Assembly: GCF_006345805.1 (NCBI RefSeq) | Contig: NC_042997.1 | Coordinates: forward strand, 116,002,001-116,066,000 | Length of the DNA stretch: 64,000 bases | Source: Octopus sinensis | Lineage: Eukaryota | Reading direction: 5' to 3' | Shown: positions 52,874-64,000 of the stretch, piece after piece | Layout of the letters: every line of letters starts with the position of its first letter | How positions within the stretch are numbered: position 1 is the stretch's first letter | Made by a program: the position numbers and the translations under genes | Notes under the pieces: generated by a model | Told to the model about the DNA's origin: nothing | The model's input: only the letters and a program-made list of their open reading frames with translations | Databases searched by the model: none

Positions 52874-53480
52874 GAACGTCACAAAACGTAAACACCATTG
52901 AAATACGAAAGCAACATGAAATACAAAGACAGACATGGGTATCCGGCCACGAGAGAAACAAATGGAAAACAAGACAAGTAACATAAAGAACGACTCTTCA
53001 TCAGTTGTCGGCTGCCCATCTACTCTTTATTTCGAGCAATTCACGACAATATGAGGCTTCAAATGTCAGTTGCTCCCGCGAACCAAAAATAAAATTTGGG
53101 ATTTGCGGAGGGTCAAAGTTGGTAACAAAAACAGGACGGTGATGGATGGCCGTTAGGTTAGGCGAGGCAAGGTAGTGAACGGTGGGGGAATATTGCCTTT
53201 GACAAGAGAAAAGATAGAAGAGGAGATAGATAAGAATGCGTTTGGTCTGTAAGACAAACTGAAAGAAAAGAAAGATGTTACCAACTTTGACCCTCTGCAA
53301 ATCCCAAATTTTATTTTGGTTCACGGGGGCAAATGCCTTTCGAAGCCTCACATTGTCGTTAATTTCTTGAAATGAAGAGTAGATAGACAGCCGACAACTG
53401 ATGAAGGGTCGCTCTTTATGTTGCTTGTCTTGTTTTCCATTTGTCTTTGCATTTCATGTTGTTCACGTTTTGTGATGTCC
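52874..53480. mobile_element. Long inverted repeat element (arms 52874-53127 and 53276-53480), probably Penelope-derived
   Basis: Arms share CAGCCGACAACTGATGAAG.GTCG.TCTTTATG and AAATCCCAAATTTTATTTT; ~150-bp spacer. Confidence 0.7.
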
Positions 53481-53507
53481 TGTAACCATATATGCATATA
53501 TATATAT

Positions 53508-53538
<31 letters not shown>

Positions 53539-53706
53539 GGTATGTATGTATGTATGTGTGTATGTATGTATGTATGTGTATATGTATGTATGTATTTATA
53601 TATATATATGCATATATACATGTATGTATATATATATGTATATACATATATATATATTATATGAATGAACGCCACGCATCCATTTCCATGCAAGTTTATT
53701 TTTATG

Positions 53707-53764
<58 letters not shown>

Positions 53765-54638
53765 GATATATATATATATTATATATACATAAATACATAC
53801 ATACATATATATGTGCATGTATGTATGTGAGTAGAGGTGTTGTGAGTGGAGGTGTATATGACTGCTCATGTGAGTTTTTTTTTTTTTTGTAAACTGTAGC
53901 CGTATCACGAGGGATGTCAAAAATATCCAATTTCATTCTCCTAAACAACTTAATAAACAAAGAGAAACTGAATTACGGAGGCCTTCCTAAATACTTAGTG
54001 CAGTCCTTAGGACGTGGCCTGAAATCTTGATATATGGGACGTCGTTTATTTGTTGGGTCACAATCAACATATCAAATTAATTAATATTGAAAATAAAACA
54101 TAGATAAAGAAGGAGAAAACTCCACTAAATAGTTATATGTCTATACTCTTTTACAAACGGCAGTGATAAATGAATCAGCGATTCATTTATCACTGTTGTT
54201 TTTTTCTATCACGCACTTTGTAAATGGAAACGAATGGAATATGCAGTGACACTGCGCTTGCGGCCCACAGCAGCGTTTCTTGACGATGTCTTCCTTTCCC
54301 TGGAATGAATTCACTCGGCTGTGTTGTTTGTTAGAATCAGAAATGTTCATTTATCCCATGTTGTTCGGAATGAGTATGTAAATCATTATAAAAGATAAGC
54401 AACCTCGCAGCACTTCCATATAAGTACAAGCGATAGCCAATGCTTTCTCGGAAGCTGGGCACATTGTGGGTAGTCAATGGGGCGCGTTTTTGCGATACAA
54501 GCAGAATTTTCGACTGATCGCCTACCCGTGTTATCACAGATCAACGCGTAGTGAGCTTAAAATAGTTCACAGTTGACCGTACCATGTTATCCAGGATCAG
54601 TGATTAATAAATCAGTGATTAACGAGGCTACATGTATT

Positions 54639-55249
54639 TTTTTTCTACTCTAGGCACAAGGCCCGAAATTTTCGGGGAGCGGGGGTCAGTCGATTAGATC
54701 GACCCCAGTACGCAACTGGTACTTAATTCATCAACCCCGAAAAGGATGAAAGTCAAAGTCGACCTCGGCGGAATTTGAACTCAGAACGTAAAGACAGACG
54801 AAATACCGCTAAGCATTTCGCTCGGCGTGCTAACGTTTCTTATTTCTTTATTGCCCACAAAGGGGCTTAACATAGAGGGGACAAACAAGGACAGACAAAC
54901 GGATTAAGTCGATTATATCGAACCCTGTTGGTAACTGGTACTTAATTTATCGAGCCCCGAAAGGATGAAAGGCAAAGTCAACCTCGGCGGAATTTGAACT
55001 CAGAGCATATTGACAGATGAAATATCTATTTCTTTACTACCCACATGGGGCTAAACACAGAGGGGACAAACAAACGGATTAAGTCGATTACATCGATCCC
55101 AGTGCATAACTGGTGCTTAATTTATCGACCCCGAAAGGATGAAAGGCAAAGTCGACCTCGGCGGAATTTGAACTCAGAACGTAAAGGCAGACGAAATACG
55201 GCTACGCATTTCGCCCGGCGTGCTAACGTTTCTGCCAGCTTGCCACCTT
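54639..55249 (-). mobile_element. SINE B trimer with 17-bp TSD
   Basis: ACGAGGCTACATGTATT at 54622-54638 and 55250-55266; three B-box/body units. Confidence 0.92.
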
Positions 55250-55289
55250 ACGAGGCTACATGTATTGGAAAGAAATGTTGACTTCAATA

Positions 55290-55700
55290 TTTTGGCCCAA
55301 GGCCACCAAATTCGGGGGGTGGGGACTAGTCGATCATATCGAGCCAAGTACTCGACTTGTACTTATTTTTTTGACGCCGAAAGGGTGAAAGGCGAAATTT
55401 GAACTCACAAGCACGAAATACCTCTAAGCATTTCCCCCGGCGCGGTAACGATTCTGCCTGCTCGCCGCCTTCTTAAAGACAATAATAATAATAATGGTTT
55501 CAAATTTTGGCAAAAGGCCAGAAATTATGGGACCGGGTGTTTGTCGATTACATCGACTCGCAGTGTTGAGCTGGTATTATTTTATCCCGAAAGGATCAAA
55601 GGCAAAGTCGACCTCAGCGGAATTTGAATTTAGAACGTAAAGACGAACGAAATATCGCTAAGCATTTTGCCCGGCGCTCTAACGATACTGCCAGCTCCTC
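55290..55700 (-). mobile_element. Two additional SINE B monomers
   Basis: Heads and tails visible at ~55290-55470 and ~55500-55700; another at ~56260-56460. Confidence 0.7.
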
Positions 55701-55920
55701 GCCACCTTAACTACCTATACTCTTTTACTCTTTTACTTGTTTCAGTCATTTGACTGCGATCATGCTGGAGCACCACCTCTAGTCGAGTAAATCGACCCCA
55801 GGACTTATTCTTTGTAAAGCCTAGTACTTATTCTATCGGTCTCTTTTGCCGAATCGCTAAATTACGGGGACGTAAACACACCAGCATCGGTTGTCAAGTG
55901 ATGTTGGGGGATAAACAAAG

Positions 55921-55956
<36 letters not shown>

Positions 55957-56485
55957 TTACACATATATACGACGGGCTTCTTTCAGTTTCCGTCTACCAA
56001 ATCCACTCACAAGGCTTTGGTCGCCCCGAGGCTATAGTAGAAGACACTTGCCCAAGGTGCCACGCATTGGTAATGAACCAGGAACCATGTGGTTGGTAAG
56101 CAAGCTACTCACCACAGAGCCACTCAAATATTGGTTTTAAATTTTTGGTACAAGGGAGGAGTAAGACGATAAAATCGACCCCTATGCTCAACCAAGAACT
56201 TTGCCCAGCGCTCTGACCATTCAGCGAGTTCGCCGCTTCATGGACATCAGAAACTTCTACATTATAGGCTCAAAGTCTGAAATTTCCGGTGAGTGGGATG
56301 GTCGAATACATCGACGCCAGTGCTCAAATGGTACTTCTTTTTTTATTGACCTCGAAAGAATGAAAGGCTAAGTAGACCTCGGCGGAATTTCACCTGAGAA
56401 CGTAAAGACGGACGAAGCGCCGCAAAGCATTTCACCCGGCGTGCTCACGATTCTGCCAGGTCAATGCTTTTATGAATAATATAAT

Positions 56486-57157
56486 ATTCTTTTCTACTCT
56501 AGGCTCAAGGCCCGAAATTTTGGAGGAGGGGTCCAGTCAATTAGATCGACCCCAATACGCAACAGGTACTTAATTTATCGATCCCGAAAGGATTAACAGT
56601 AAAGTCGAATTTGAACTCAGAACGTAAAGATAGACGATATACCGCTATGCATTTCGCTCTGCGTGCTAACGTTTCTTATTTCTTTATTGCCCACAACGGG
56701 CTAAATATAGAGGGGACAAACAAGGACAGACAAACGGATTAAGTCGAATATATCGACCCCAGTGCGTAACTGGTGCTTATTTAATCGACCCCAGTGCGTA
56801 ACTGGTACATATTTAAACGACCCAGAAAGGATGAAAGGCAATGTCGACCTCGGTGGAATTTGAACTCAGAACGTAAAGACAGACGATATCCTCCTAAGCA
56901 TTTCGCCCGGTGTGCTAACGTTTCTTATTTCTTTATTGCCCACAAGGGGCTACACATAGAGGGGACAAACAAGGACAGACAAACGGATTAAGTCGATTAG
57001 ATCGACCTAGTGCGTAACTGGTACTTATTTAATCGATCCCGAAAGGATGAAAGGCAAAGTCGACCTTGGCGGAATTTGAACTCAGAACCTTAACGCCAGA
57101 CGAAACACCACTAAGCATTTCGCCCGGCGTGTTAACGTTTCTGCCAGCTCGCCGCCT
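56486..57157 (-). mobile_element. SINE B trimer with 13-bp TSD
   Basis: TGAATAATATAAT at 56473-56485 and 57158-57170; two AATAAAGAAATAAG|AAACGTTAGC junctions. Confidence 0.88.
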
Positions 57158-57751
57158 TGAATAATATAATGTTAAAGAGAAAGATGGTCAGTTAAACCGC
57201 AAGCGCTGTCGTGGGTAATGGGATGGGGATGTCGAGGGTTTCACTTTGAACAGAAAGACCTCCCTGGTTCATTTATTTTGCTTGGGCAGAATTAGTGTCT
57301 GTTACCAATGTTCGGGATAATAGGGGTGGCGAAGAAGTGGGATTGGGTGAGCCATCTATAATTGAACCAGAAGCAGTTAAGCTTGAAATTAATATAGCGC
57401 ACGTGCACGTACATATACATATGCTGTCTGAATCAGCACGCACACACATACACACACGCACACTCACGCACTATCTATTTATGTGTGTATACATACACAC
57501 ACACACACATATGTATACACATTTACATATACATTATATATAACATATGTATTATACACACACACACACACACATATTTATATACACACACACATGCGCG
57601 CACATACACACACACACAAACACACATATATATGTATATAGGTATGTATGCATATATATAACGAAAAGAGAGGGGGAGGGAAGGTGCATCAAAATATGGA
57701 GATAGATAGAGAGTGAGTGAGTGAGAGAGAGAGAGAGAGAGGGTGAGAGAA

Positions 57752-57811
<60 letters not shown>

Positions 57812-58870
57812 AAGGGAAAAATTAGTAACGAATGGGAAAAGTGGAGGACAGAAGAAAGAAAACGAGAAAAAATAAGGAAAGACGGTGATTGAGTATTTGA
57901 GTGAACGAGGGAGAGAGAGAGAGAGAGAGAGAGAAATAGGGGGAGAGAGAGAGTGAGAGAGAGAGAAGGGAGAGAGAGACAGCAGCAGAAGTTCTTAGCA
58001 ACATTAAAGATCCATCTTTGTGTAAAGCAAAGCTGGAAGGCATTTCATATATATCTATTGAGAGCAAACTACAGAATAAAGAGATTGGTACCAGGTCCCT
58101 TGAACCGTGGTGACCTCGAGTAACTGACTGCCCAGTGTGATGTTCATGTTTGGAAAGAGAGAGAGAGAGAGAGAGGAAGAGAGAGAGAGAAGTGGTGGGA
58201 GTGAGAGAAATAGTGAAAGAGAAACAGAGAGAGGGCGAGAAACAGAGAGAAAGTGGTAGGAAGGAAAGAAATAGAAAGAGAGAGAGGAAAGAAAAGAGGG
58301 AACAAATAGAAGAATAGAAGGTAAAATGAGAGTGAGAAAGACGGTATATATACGGTTCTGGGTTCAGTCCCACTGCGTGGCACCTGGGGCAAGAGTCTTC
58401 AACTATAGCCTAGGGCCCACCAAAGCCTTGTGAGTGGATTTGGTAGACGGAAGCTGAAAGAAACCCATCGTGTATATATATATTTATATATATATATATG
58501 TTTGTGTCAGTGTTTTTACCCCCAACATCGATGGTGTGTTTACGTAACTTAGCGATTCAGCAAAAGAGTACGACAGAATAAGTACTAGGCTTACTGAGAA
58601 TAAATCCTGGGGTCGATCTGTTCGACGAAAGGCAGTGCTCCAGCATGGCTGCAGTCAAATGACTGAAACAAATAAAAGAATAAAAGAATAGCGGCCGAGA
58701 ATGCTAGAAATAAGAGTCAGAGCAATAACTGTGCGTTACTGTAGCTATGAGTTGTTTTAACTCTTATTTCTAGCAATAATGATGCTAAATAGCGCCCTCA
58801 GTCGCTTTAGAGACATATATATTTTTGCCTTTCGGTTGAAAAATTGCTAAAAAAACCACCCTTATATATT

Positions 58871-58904
<34 letters not shown>

Positions 58905-58905
58905 A

Positions 58906-58938
<33 letters not shown>

Positions 58939-58984
58939 CGTAATGATGTTTGGGTACCCGCTGATGAGAACTTCGCCTACCAAC

Positions 58985-59406
58985 TTATTTTATTTGTTTA
59001 TTGCCCACAGGGGTCCAAACGTAGAGGGGACAAACAAGGACAGACAAACGGATTAAGTCGATTAGATCGACCCCAGTGCGTAACTGGTACTTATTTAATC
59101 GATCCCGAAAGGATGAAAGGCAAAGTCGACCTCGGCGGAATTTGAACTCAGAACGTAGCGGCAGACGAAATATCTATTTTTTACTACCCACAAGGGGCTA
59201 AACACAGAGAGGACATGCAAGGACAGACAAACGATTTAGTCGATTATATCGACTCCAGTGCGTAACTGGTACTTATTTAATCGACCCCGAAAGGATGAAA
59301 GGCAAAGTCGACCTCGGCGGAATTTGAACTCAGAACGTAACGGCAGACGAAATACCGCTAAGCATTTCGCCCGGCGTGCTAACGTTTCTGCCAGCTCGTC
59401 GCCTTG
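58985..59406 (-). mobile_element. SINE B dimer ending in the linker-type tail
   Basis: Full head at ~59405; junction GTAGTAAAAAATAG|ATATTTCGTC; ends GGGCAATAAACAAATAAAATAA. Confidence 0.85.
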
Positions 59407-59447
59407 ACAATAAATATTAATATTGAAAGAAAGAATACGAAGAAAGA

Positions 59448-59950
59448 TGGATGTATGAATAATTTATTTGTATGAGATATATTAATACATTTCAACATCT
59501 TTATAAGTTGCAAAGCTCCAAAAGAAATGGGAGATGCGAAAAAATCTACATATATGTTTCGGTTCTAGCTCGTGGTTGATATGTAATTCTAAGCATTTGG
59601 TTATATGCTTCTTCGGTTTTTTTTTATCAGCTTATAGAACGAAGGTTAACATATTTCATGAAAGGATGCATGCAAAATCCTTTCAAGAAATATGTTAACC
59701 TTTGTGCTATAAGCTGATAAAACCCTGAAGATGTTCTACTCCATATACTTAAAAATGATACTATTCTTAGCATATAACCAAATACTTAGAATTACATATC
59801 AGCTAGGGGCTAGAACCAAAACTTATATGTAGGTATTTTTCCAATCTTCCATTTCTTCTTTGAGCTTTACAACTTATAAAGATGCTGAAATTTATTAAAA
59901 ATAACAATACAAATAAATTATATCATACAAATCAATTATTCATACATCCA
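59448..59950. repeat. Large fold-back palindrome (arms ~220-270 bp, loop GCATGCAAA at 59668-59676)
   Basis: Arms are reverse complements apart from small indels. One arm keeps GAAACATATATGTA and the other a variant of it, a hammerhead-like stem III remnant. Confidence 0.85.
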
Positions 59951-59979
59951 GCTTTCTCCATTTTCAATCTTTCAATATA

Positions 59980-60105
59980 CAGGGTGATTCAAAAGTCACC
60001 ATATATAGAAAAATTTATTCTTTTATAAGAAACAGATAAAAAACTGTTTCTTATAAAAATAAATAATAAATTGCTCTTATGTATGGCAACTTTTGAATCA
60101 CCCTG
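59980..60105. mobile_element. Tc1/mariner-type MITE (126 bp) with TA TSD
   Basis: TA|CAGGGTGATTCAAAAGT..ACTTTTGAATCACCCTG|TA; internal IR TTTTATAAGAAACAG / CTGTTTCTTATAAAA. Confidence 0.88.
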
Positions 60106-60932
60106 TATGTATAGATAACGTATAAATAATGGTCACTATACTTTTATTTTAGTATTTTCGACTTACAGCTGTTTCCGATAACCATTAAAGGTTCGTTCAC
60201 TAATTGGTAATTCAAACGAACCATTCATCTGCTGAGAAAAATTGAACTGATGCTACCGCCATTAGAGTCGTATTATTCTGATGATCATTATTTATACCTT
60301 GTCTAGTATATTACTCTGTGTAAAAAGAAAAACCCAGTCTAACTAGCAATACAACAATGCGTTTCCAATACAGACTGAGTTGTCAAACATTTAAACCAAA
60401 TTTTCTAAAAACAACTTGTCCAACCGTCCCATAGGCCTCCTCTTTGAGAAACACTGATTTAACCTAAATTTGAGACACCAGCAAAAGAAGAAATAAAGAT
60501 AGACTTTTTTCTATTCCAAAGAAAAACGATTTTATTCACACAAATATGCAACCGAAGAATTTAAAGTACCAGTAATGATAAGGCTGTTGACTGGGAGAAC
60601 ACAAACATGGTTTAAACAAAGAGCTTGGCAGGAAAGAAACGAGCCATTAAACAGTACAAAAACAACAAAAAAATGGAAGGTGCAGTTATGTACAGGTTGA
60701 CAGAAGAAAAGCAGGAGAAAGACGATGCATGAAATGGGTTAGATGAAGGTAAATCTAGATGGAAAAGCATGATGAATTTATGAGAACGTACCTGGAACAA
60801 TAATAAGTTTATCCGATAAAACATGTAGGAAATCAACTTGAGGCAATTTTTGATGAAAAGCAACAACCTAGGGAACTAAGTAACTAATTTTAAACTAACT
60901 TACTTTACGGGATGTTCAAGGGCATGGAAAAG

Positions 60933-61595
60933 CTAGTGGAGCGCAGCCTTGTAAACCACATTCCTTGTTACTCCGTCTGGAGCGTAGTAGAAAAGGTTTG
61001 TCGAACAGCCAACCCTCGGACAGCCCACATACAGTTGTCCGTGCGAAAAGCAAGGAGTGCTGAGGTCCAACCCCACGACTTTCAATGACTGCCCCTGTGC
61101 TTTGTTGATGGTCATCGCGAAGTTTAGGCGAATAGGGAATTGAACGCGTTTCATCGGGTAAACACAGTCCGACGGAATCAATGGCATGCGGGAAATAAAA
61201 ACATCCCCTGCCCCTTAACCCGTGATAACTTTTGCCTCTAGAACGTCATCCAAAAGTTGGGTGACAATCAACCGAGTGCCATTGCAAAGTAGTGAAGGTT
61301 CCAAGTTTCGGAGAAGAATGGGACTTCGAACCTTGAGGCAGAGTTTATGGGGTGGCAGACCCGGTGGTTCTTGTGAGTTAAGAAATTCGGTCGGGTATAC
61401 CATGACTTGCTCTGGGTCAGTAATTGAATCGATAGATGTGTAGATTCGTTCCTGGGTCGGCAGTTGACGAAGGAGGCGAGTGTTAAGCGTATTGACGTTG
61501 GCATTGGTTGGCGCTAAAATGGCTCTATCACACAACCATTGATGGTCACCGAAATTAGAAGATAGATCGTGGTAAACTGTCTGACAAAGTTTAGA
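60933..61595 (-). mobile_element. Helitron Rep/Hel C-terminal PIF1-family helicase fragment (one in-frame stop at 61215-61217)
   Basis: WLCDRAILAPTN..YPTEFLNSQEPPGLPPHKLCLK..LLRNL..LCNGTRLIV..RVQFPIRLNFAMTINKAQGQSL..FSHGQLYVGCPRV..TRNVVYKAALH*. Confidence 0.9.
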
Positions 61596-61984
61596 AAATG
61601 CAAATATTACACGATTAAGAAGCAAGCAAATAGTCTTTTGTTTCTAAAATTGAAGTATTTTGACTACGTTCACCTTGAAATAAAGCTCAATCAATCTTGA
61701 TTGAATACAATAATGGTTTTCTTTCACTAAAAAACACACTTCTTTTGGTTTGTCCATTCATAATAAATGAAAACAATAAATCGACTGTAGAGTAACTTCT
61801 TCAAGGATATATCCATGCAGGGACACCGGAGAACATCCACGCAGAATGCATCGCCTCAGACTGTAAAGGGAGGTAACTAAATTGAGTTTGGCAAACAGTA
61901 GTTTAAAAATAAAAACAAAGAAAAATGATCGACTGTGTATGAAATATGCATGCTTGGTGTTAAGGGAGGCAACTTCTATCAGCA

Positions 61985-62219
61985 CCATATAGTCGATTGT
62001 GCAACCAAAGAAAAACGATTTCCCACGGCTTTATCGATCGCATTCTCACCTGGAATCGATATTTGTAATTTTTTCAAGACTTATACATGCCCTGATACCG
62101 TCGGTATCTACATATCAAATTTGAGCGCAATCGGATGGAGGATGCCTCGAGATCTGAGAAGACACACACACACACACACACACGCGCACACACACACAGA
62201 GAACGGATTTTATATAATA
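61985..62219 (+). mobile_element. 3' part of a HINE/Helentron-like non-autonomous element with subterminal (CA)n
   Basis: ATCAAATTTGAGCGCAATCGGAT..(CA)n..GGATTTTATATAATA layout. A similar terminus (hairpin GGCAGAT-AAA-ATCTGCC then TTTTATAATAAGAGAT) lies at 63359-63391. Confidence 0.45.
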
Positions 62220-62612
62220 CTAGCAGTATCGCCCGGCGTTGCTCGGGTTGTAAGGGAAATAACTATATAAGCATTTTTAGAGAGTTATAGCCAAAAAATA
62301 GCAAAAAAAATGCATTAAAAATTGAAAAAAAATTAAGGTAAATCTTTTTTAAATCGTTGACACATCGTAGATATTTTAGAGAGTTACTTCCCTTATATAA
62401 AAGCGAAAAAATACATTAAAATGGAAAAATATGATGGTAAATTTTTTAAAAATCGTAGACTCATCGTAGACGCGCGCTAATACCCAGAAGGGCTCGATAT
62501 GAATCACGACTATAAGATACCCGCTTTTGGTTAAACTGCACCGCAAAATGTGGGAGTAATTACGAATGTAAATCGAAGGGGACAGACACACAACTTCACT
62601 CTTATATAAAGA
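62220..62612 (-). mobile_element. Non-autonomous Helitron
   Basis: Minus strand A|TCTTTATATAAGAGTGAAG 5' end; hairpin CCCG-AGCAACGC-CGGG; CTAG|T 3' end; inserted in an AT dinucleotide. Confidence 0.85.
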
Positions 62613-62940
62613 TGCTTTTTTTTTTCAGTCATAGAGTTAGATTTATGAAGGTCTTCAGTAGAAAATCCTTCGAATTCTGACTCGCTGCTTGATATAATGA
62701 AATTCGTATCCATTTTTTGTCAGAATTACAAATTTTGAAAACACAATAGGAACAAATTTCGGAAAAAAATCTCCCATAATTCACGGAATTAAAATTACAC
62801 TTCGATTTTTGTACAAAACTGTATTTGAAGTGTTTACGAAGTATAATACGTGTTTTCACGAATGTACTAAAGAGATTTACTCTGATATTCTCATTTAAAT
62901 ATGAATAGGTAAATTCGGGCGGTTTGGTAACGAAAGGGTT
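62613..62940 (-). mobile_element. Possible piggyBac-like left end with acidic N-terminal ORF remnant
   Basis: Minus strand (T)AA-CCCTTTCGTTACC terminus followed by MDTNFIISSSESEFEGFSTEDL; truncated at the Helitron. Confidence 0.4.
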
Positions 62941-63568
62941 TATATAAGTGTCGTCTGTTTATACATAAACACTGTTCATAGTTTCAGTTTAGTCTTCCTC
63001 AAATCACTGTCGCTAATTTACTCTCTTCCAAGAACATTTTCACTCACTGTTATCTGTTAGCTTCCCATACATTTTACTCATGTATCTATCAGCGTGATAG
63101 ACATAAACAAATATTACATTTACTTTCATTTTATTCGTTGCCCACTGTGTGTGTGCGTTTGCGTGTGGTGTAAACCAGACTAAGAAAAGCATTTGACACA
63201 CACACCAGAATGTGAGTTTTCTGTAAATTTTGCTTAATTGGAGTTTAAATTTTAAAAACTGGACCTGGCATGACGCGATGCATTGTACTCTTAAAACTGC
63301 TAGGTAAATTGTAATTGAAGAAATCCTATATTGTAGATTTGTATAACTCCCAAAGGGAGGCAGATAAAATCTGCCTTTTATAATAAGAGATATATATACA
63401 TATATTCATATATGCCTACACACCCACGTGAATACGTATACATATACCCAAACGCATGTAGTTGTCTATCCATCCATCCATCCGTCCGTCCGTCCGTCCG
63501 TCCGTCCATCCATCCATCCATCCATCAACCTACCTACCTACCTACCTACCTACCACCTACCTACCTAC

Positions 63569-63651
<83 letters not shown>

Positions 63652-64000
63652 CCTATCTATCTATCTATCTATACCATACATACACACACACAATTAATTT
63701 TGTTTCGTCTTTGATGAAAAGTTTACTTAATTTGTAAAATTATTTTAACTTTTAGCAATTTTTACATGTGTGTGTGTGTATGTGTACGTGTGTGTGGATG
63801 TATATGTGTGTGAGTGTATCTATATATATGTGTGTGTTTGTGTATATGTTTGTGTTTGTGTGTAATTACGTATGGATGGGCATGCATTTGTGTGTAAGGG
63901 TGTATAATCTAAATGAGTGTATATGACGAAATAACTAACATTGATATTACAAAAGTATTAATACGAAAACCATCATCACCACCACCACCACCACCACCAA

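Noticed and set aside
53395-53420. CTGATGA and CTGAAGA motifs at 53398 and ~36225 as hammerheads
   Set aside because: No closing stem II with GAAA downstream, so the core is incomplete.
54162-54196. 16-bp perfect palindrome CAGTGATAAATGAATC-AGC-GATTCATTTATCACTG as a terminator or MITE
   Set aside because: Isolated; rho-independent terminators are not relevant in a eukaryote and there is no TSD or second copy in the window.
54639-57157. Regularly repeated units resembling a CRISPR or satellite array
   Set aside because: Units are ~170-240-bp tRNA-derived SINE modules with shared linkers and TSDs; there are no unique spacers and no cas genes, and the context is eukaryotic.
60915-60940. CTAG at the helicase stop codon as the Helitron 3' terminus
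   Set aside because: Not followed by T and no GC-rich hairpin lies just upstream.

Overview
AT-rich, microsatellite-saturated animal genomic DNA with one 100-N assembly gap. The SINE families and repeat landscape look like an octopus (coleoid cephalopod) genome; this is recognition by eye, not a database result. I found no host protein-coding gene, true tRNA/rRNA gene or CRISPR array that I can support. The protein-like ORFs that I could assign are transposon remnants: two R4/Dong-type non-LTR elements with a restriction-like endonuclease, Tx1/L1-like, RTE and CR1/L2-type LINE 3' ends, mariner/Tc1 transposase pieces and a Helitron PIF1-type helicase. Most other ORFs in the track are microsatellite read-through. 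Four observations stand out. (1) Several minimal type I hammerhead-ribozyme motifs of the Penelope/retrozyme kind occur, including one inside a tRNA-headed SINE and one in a ~190-bp (TA)n-associated dispersed element with 4 copies; three unrelated motifs share a CCGAUGA core variant. (2) A ~560-bp non-coding, head-less element is always embedded in (AAT)n, and R4/Dong elements sit directly in its tail at two loci. (3) Head-to-tail SINE trimers are bounded by 13-17 bp target-site duplications, so they moved as single units. (4) Long fold-back inverted repeats are numerous. Boundaries of degenerate repeats are approximate (about +/-10-20 bp). No ribozyme activity, transcription or family name has been verified computationally.
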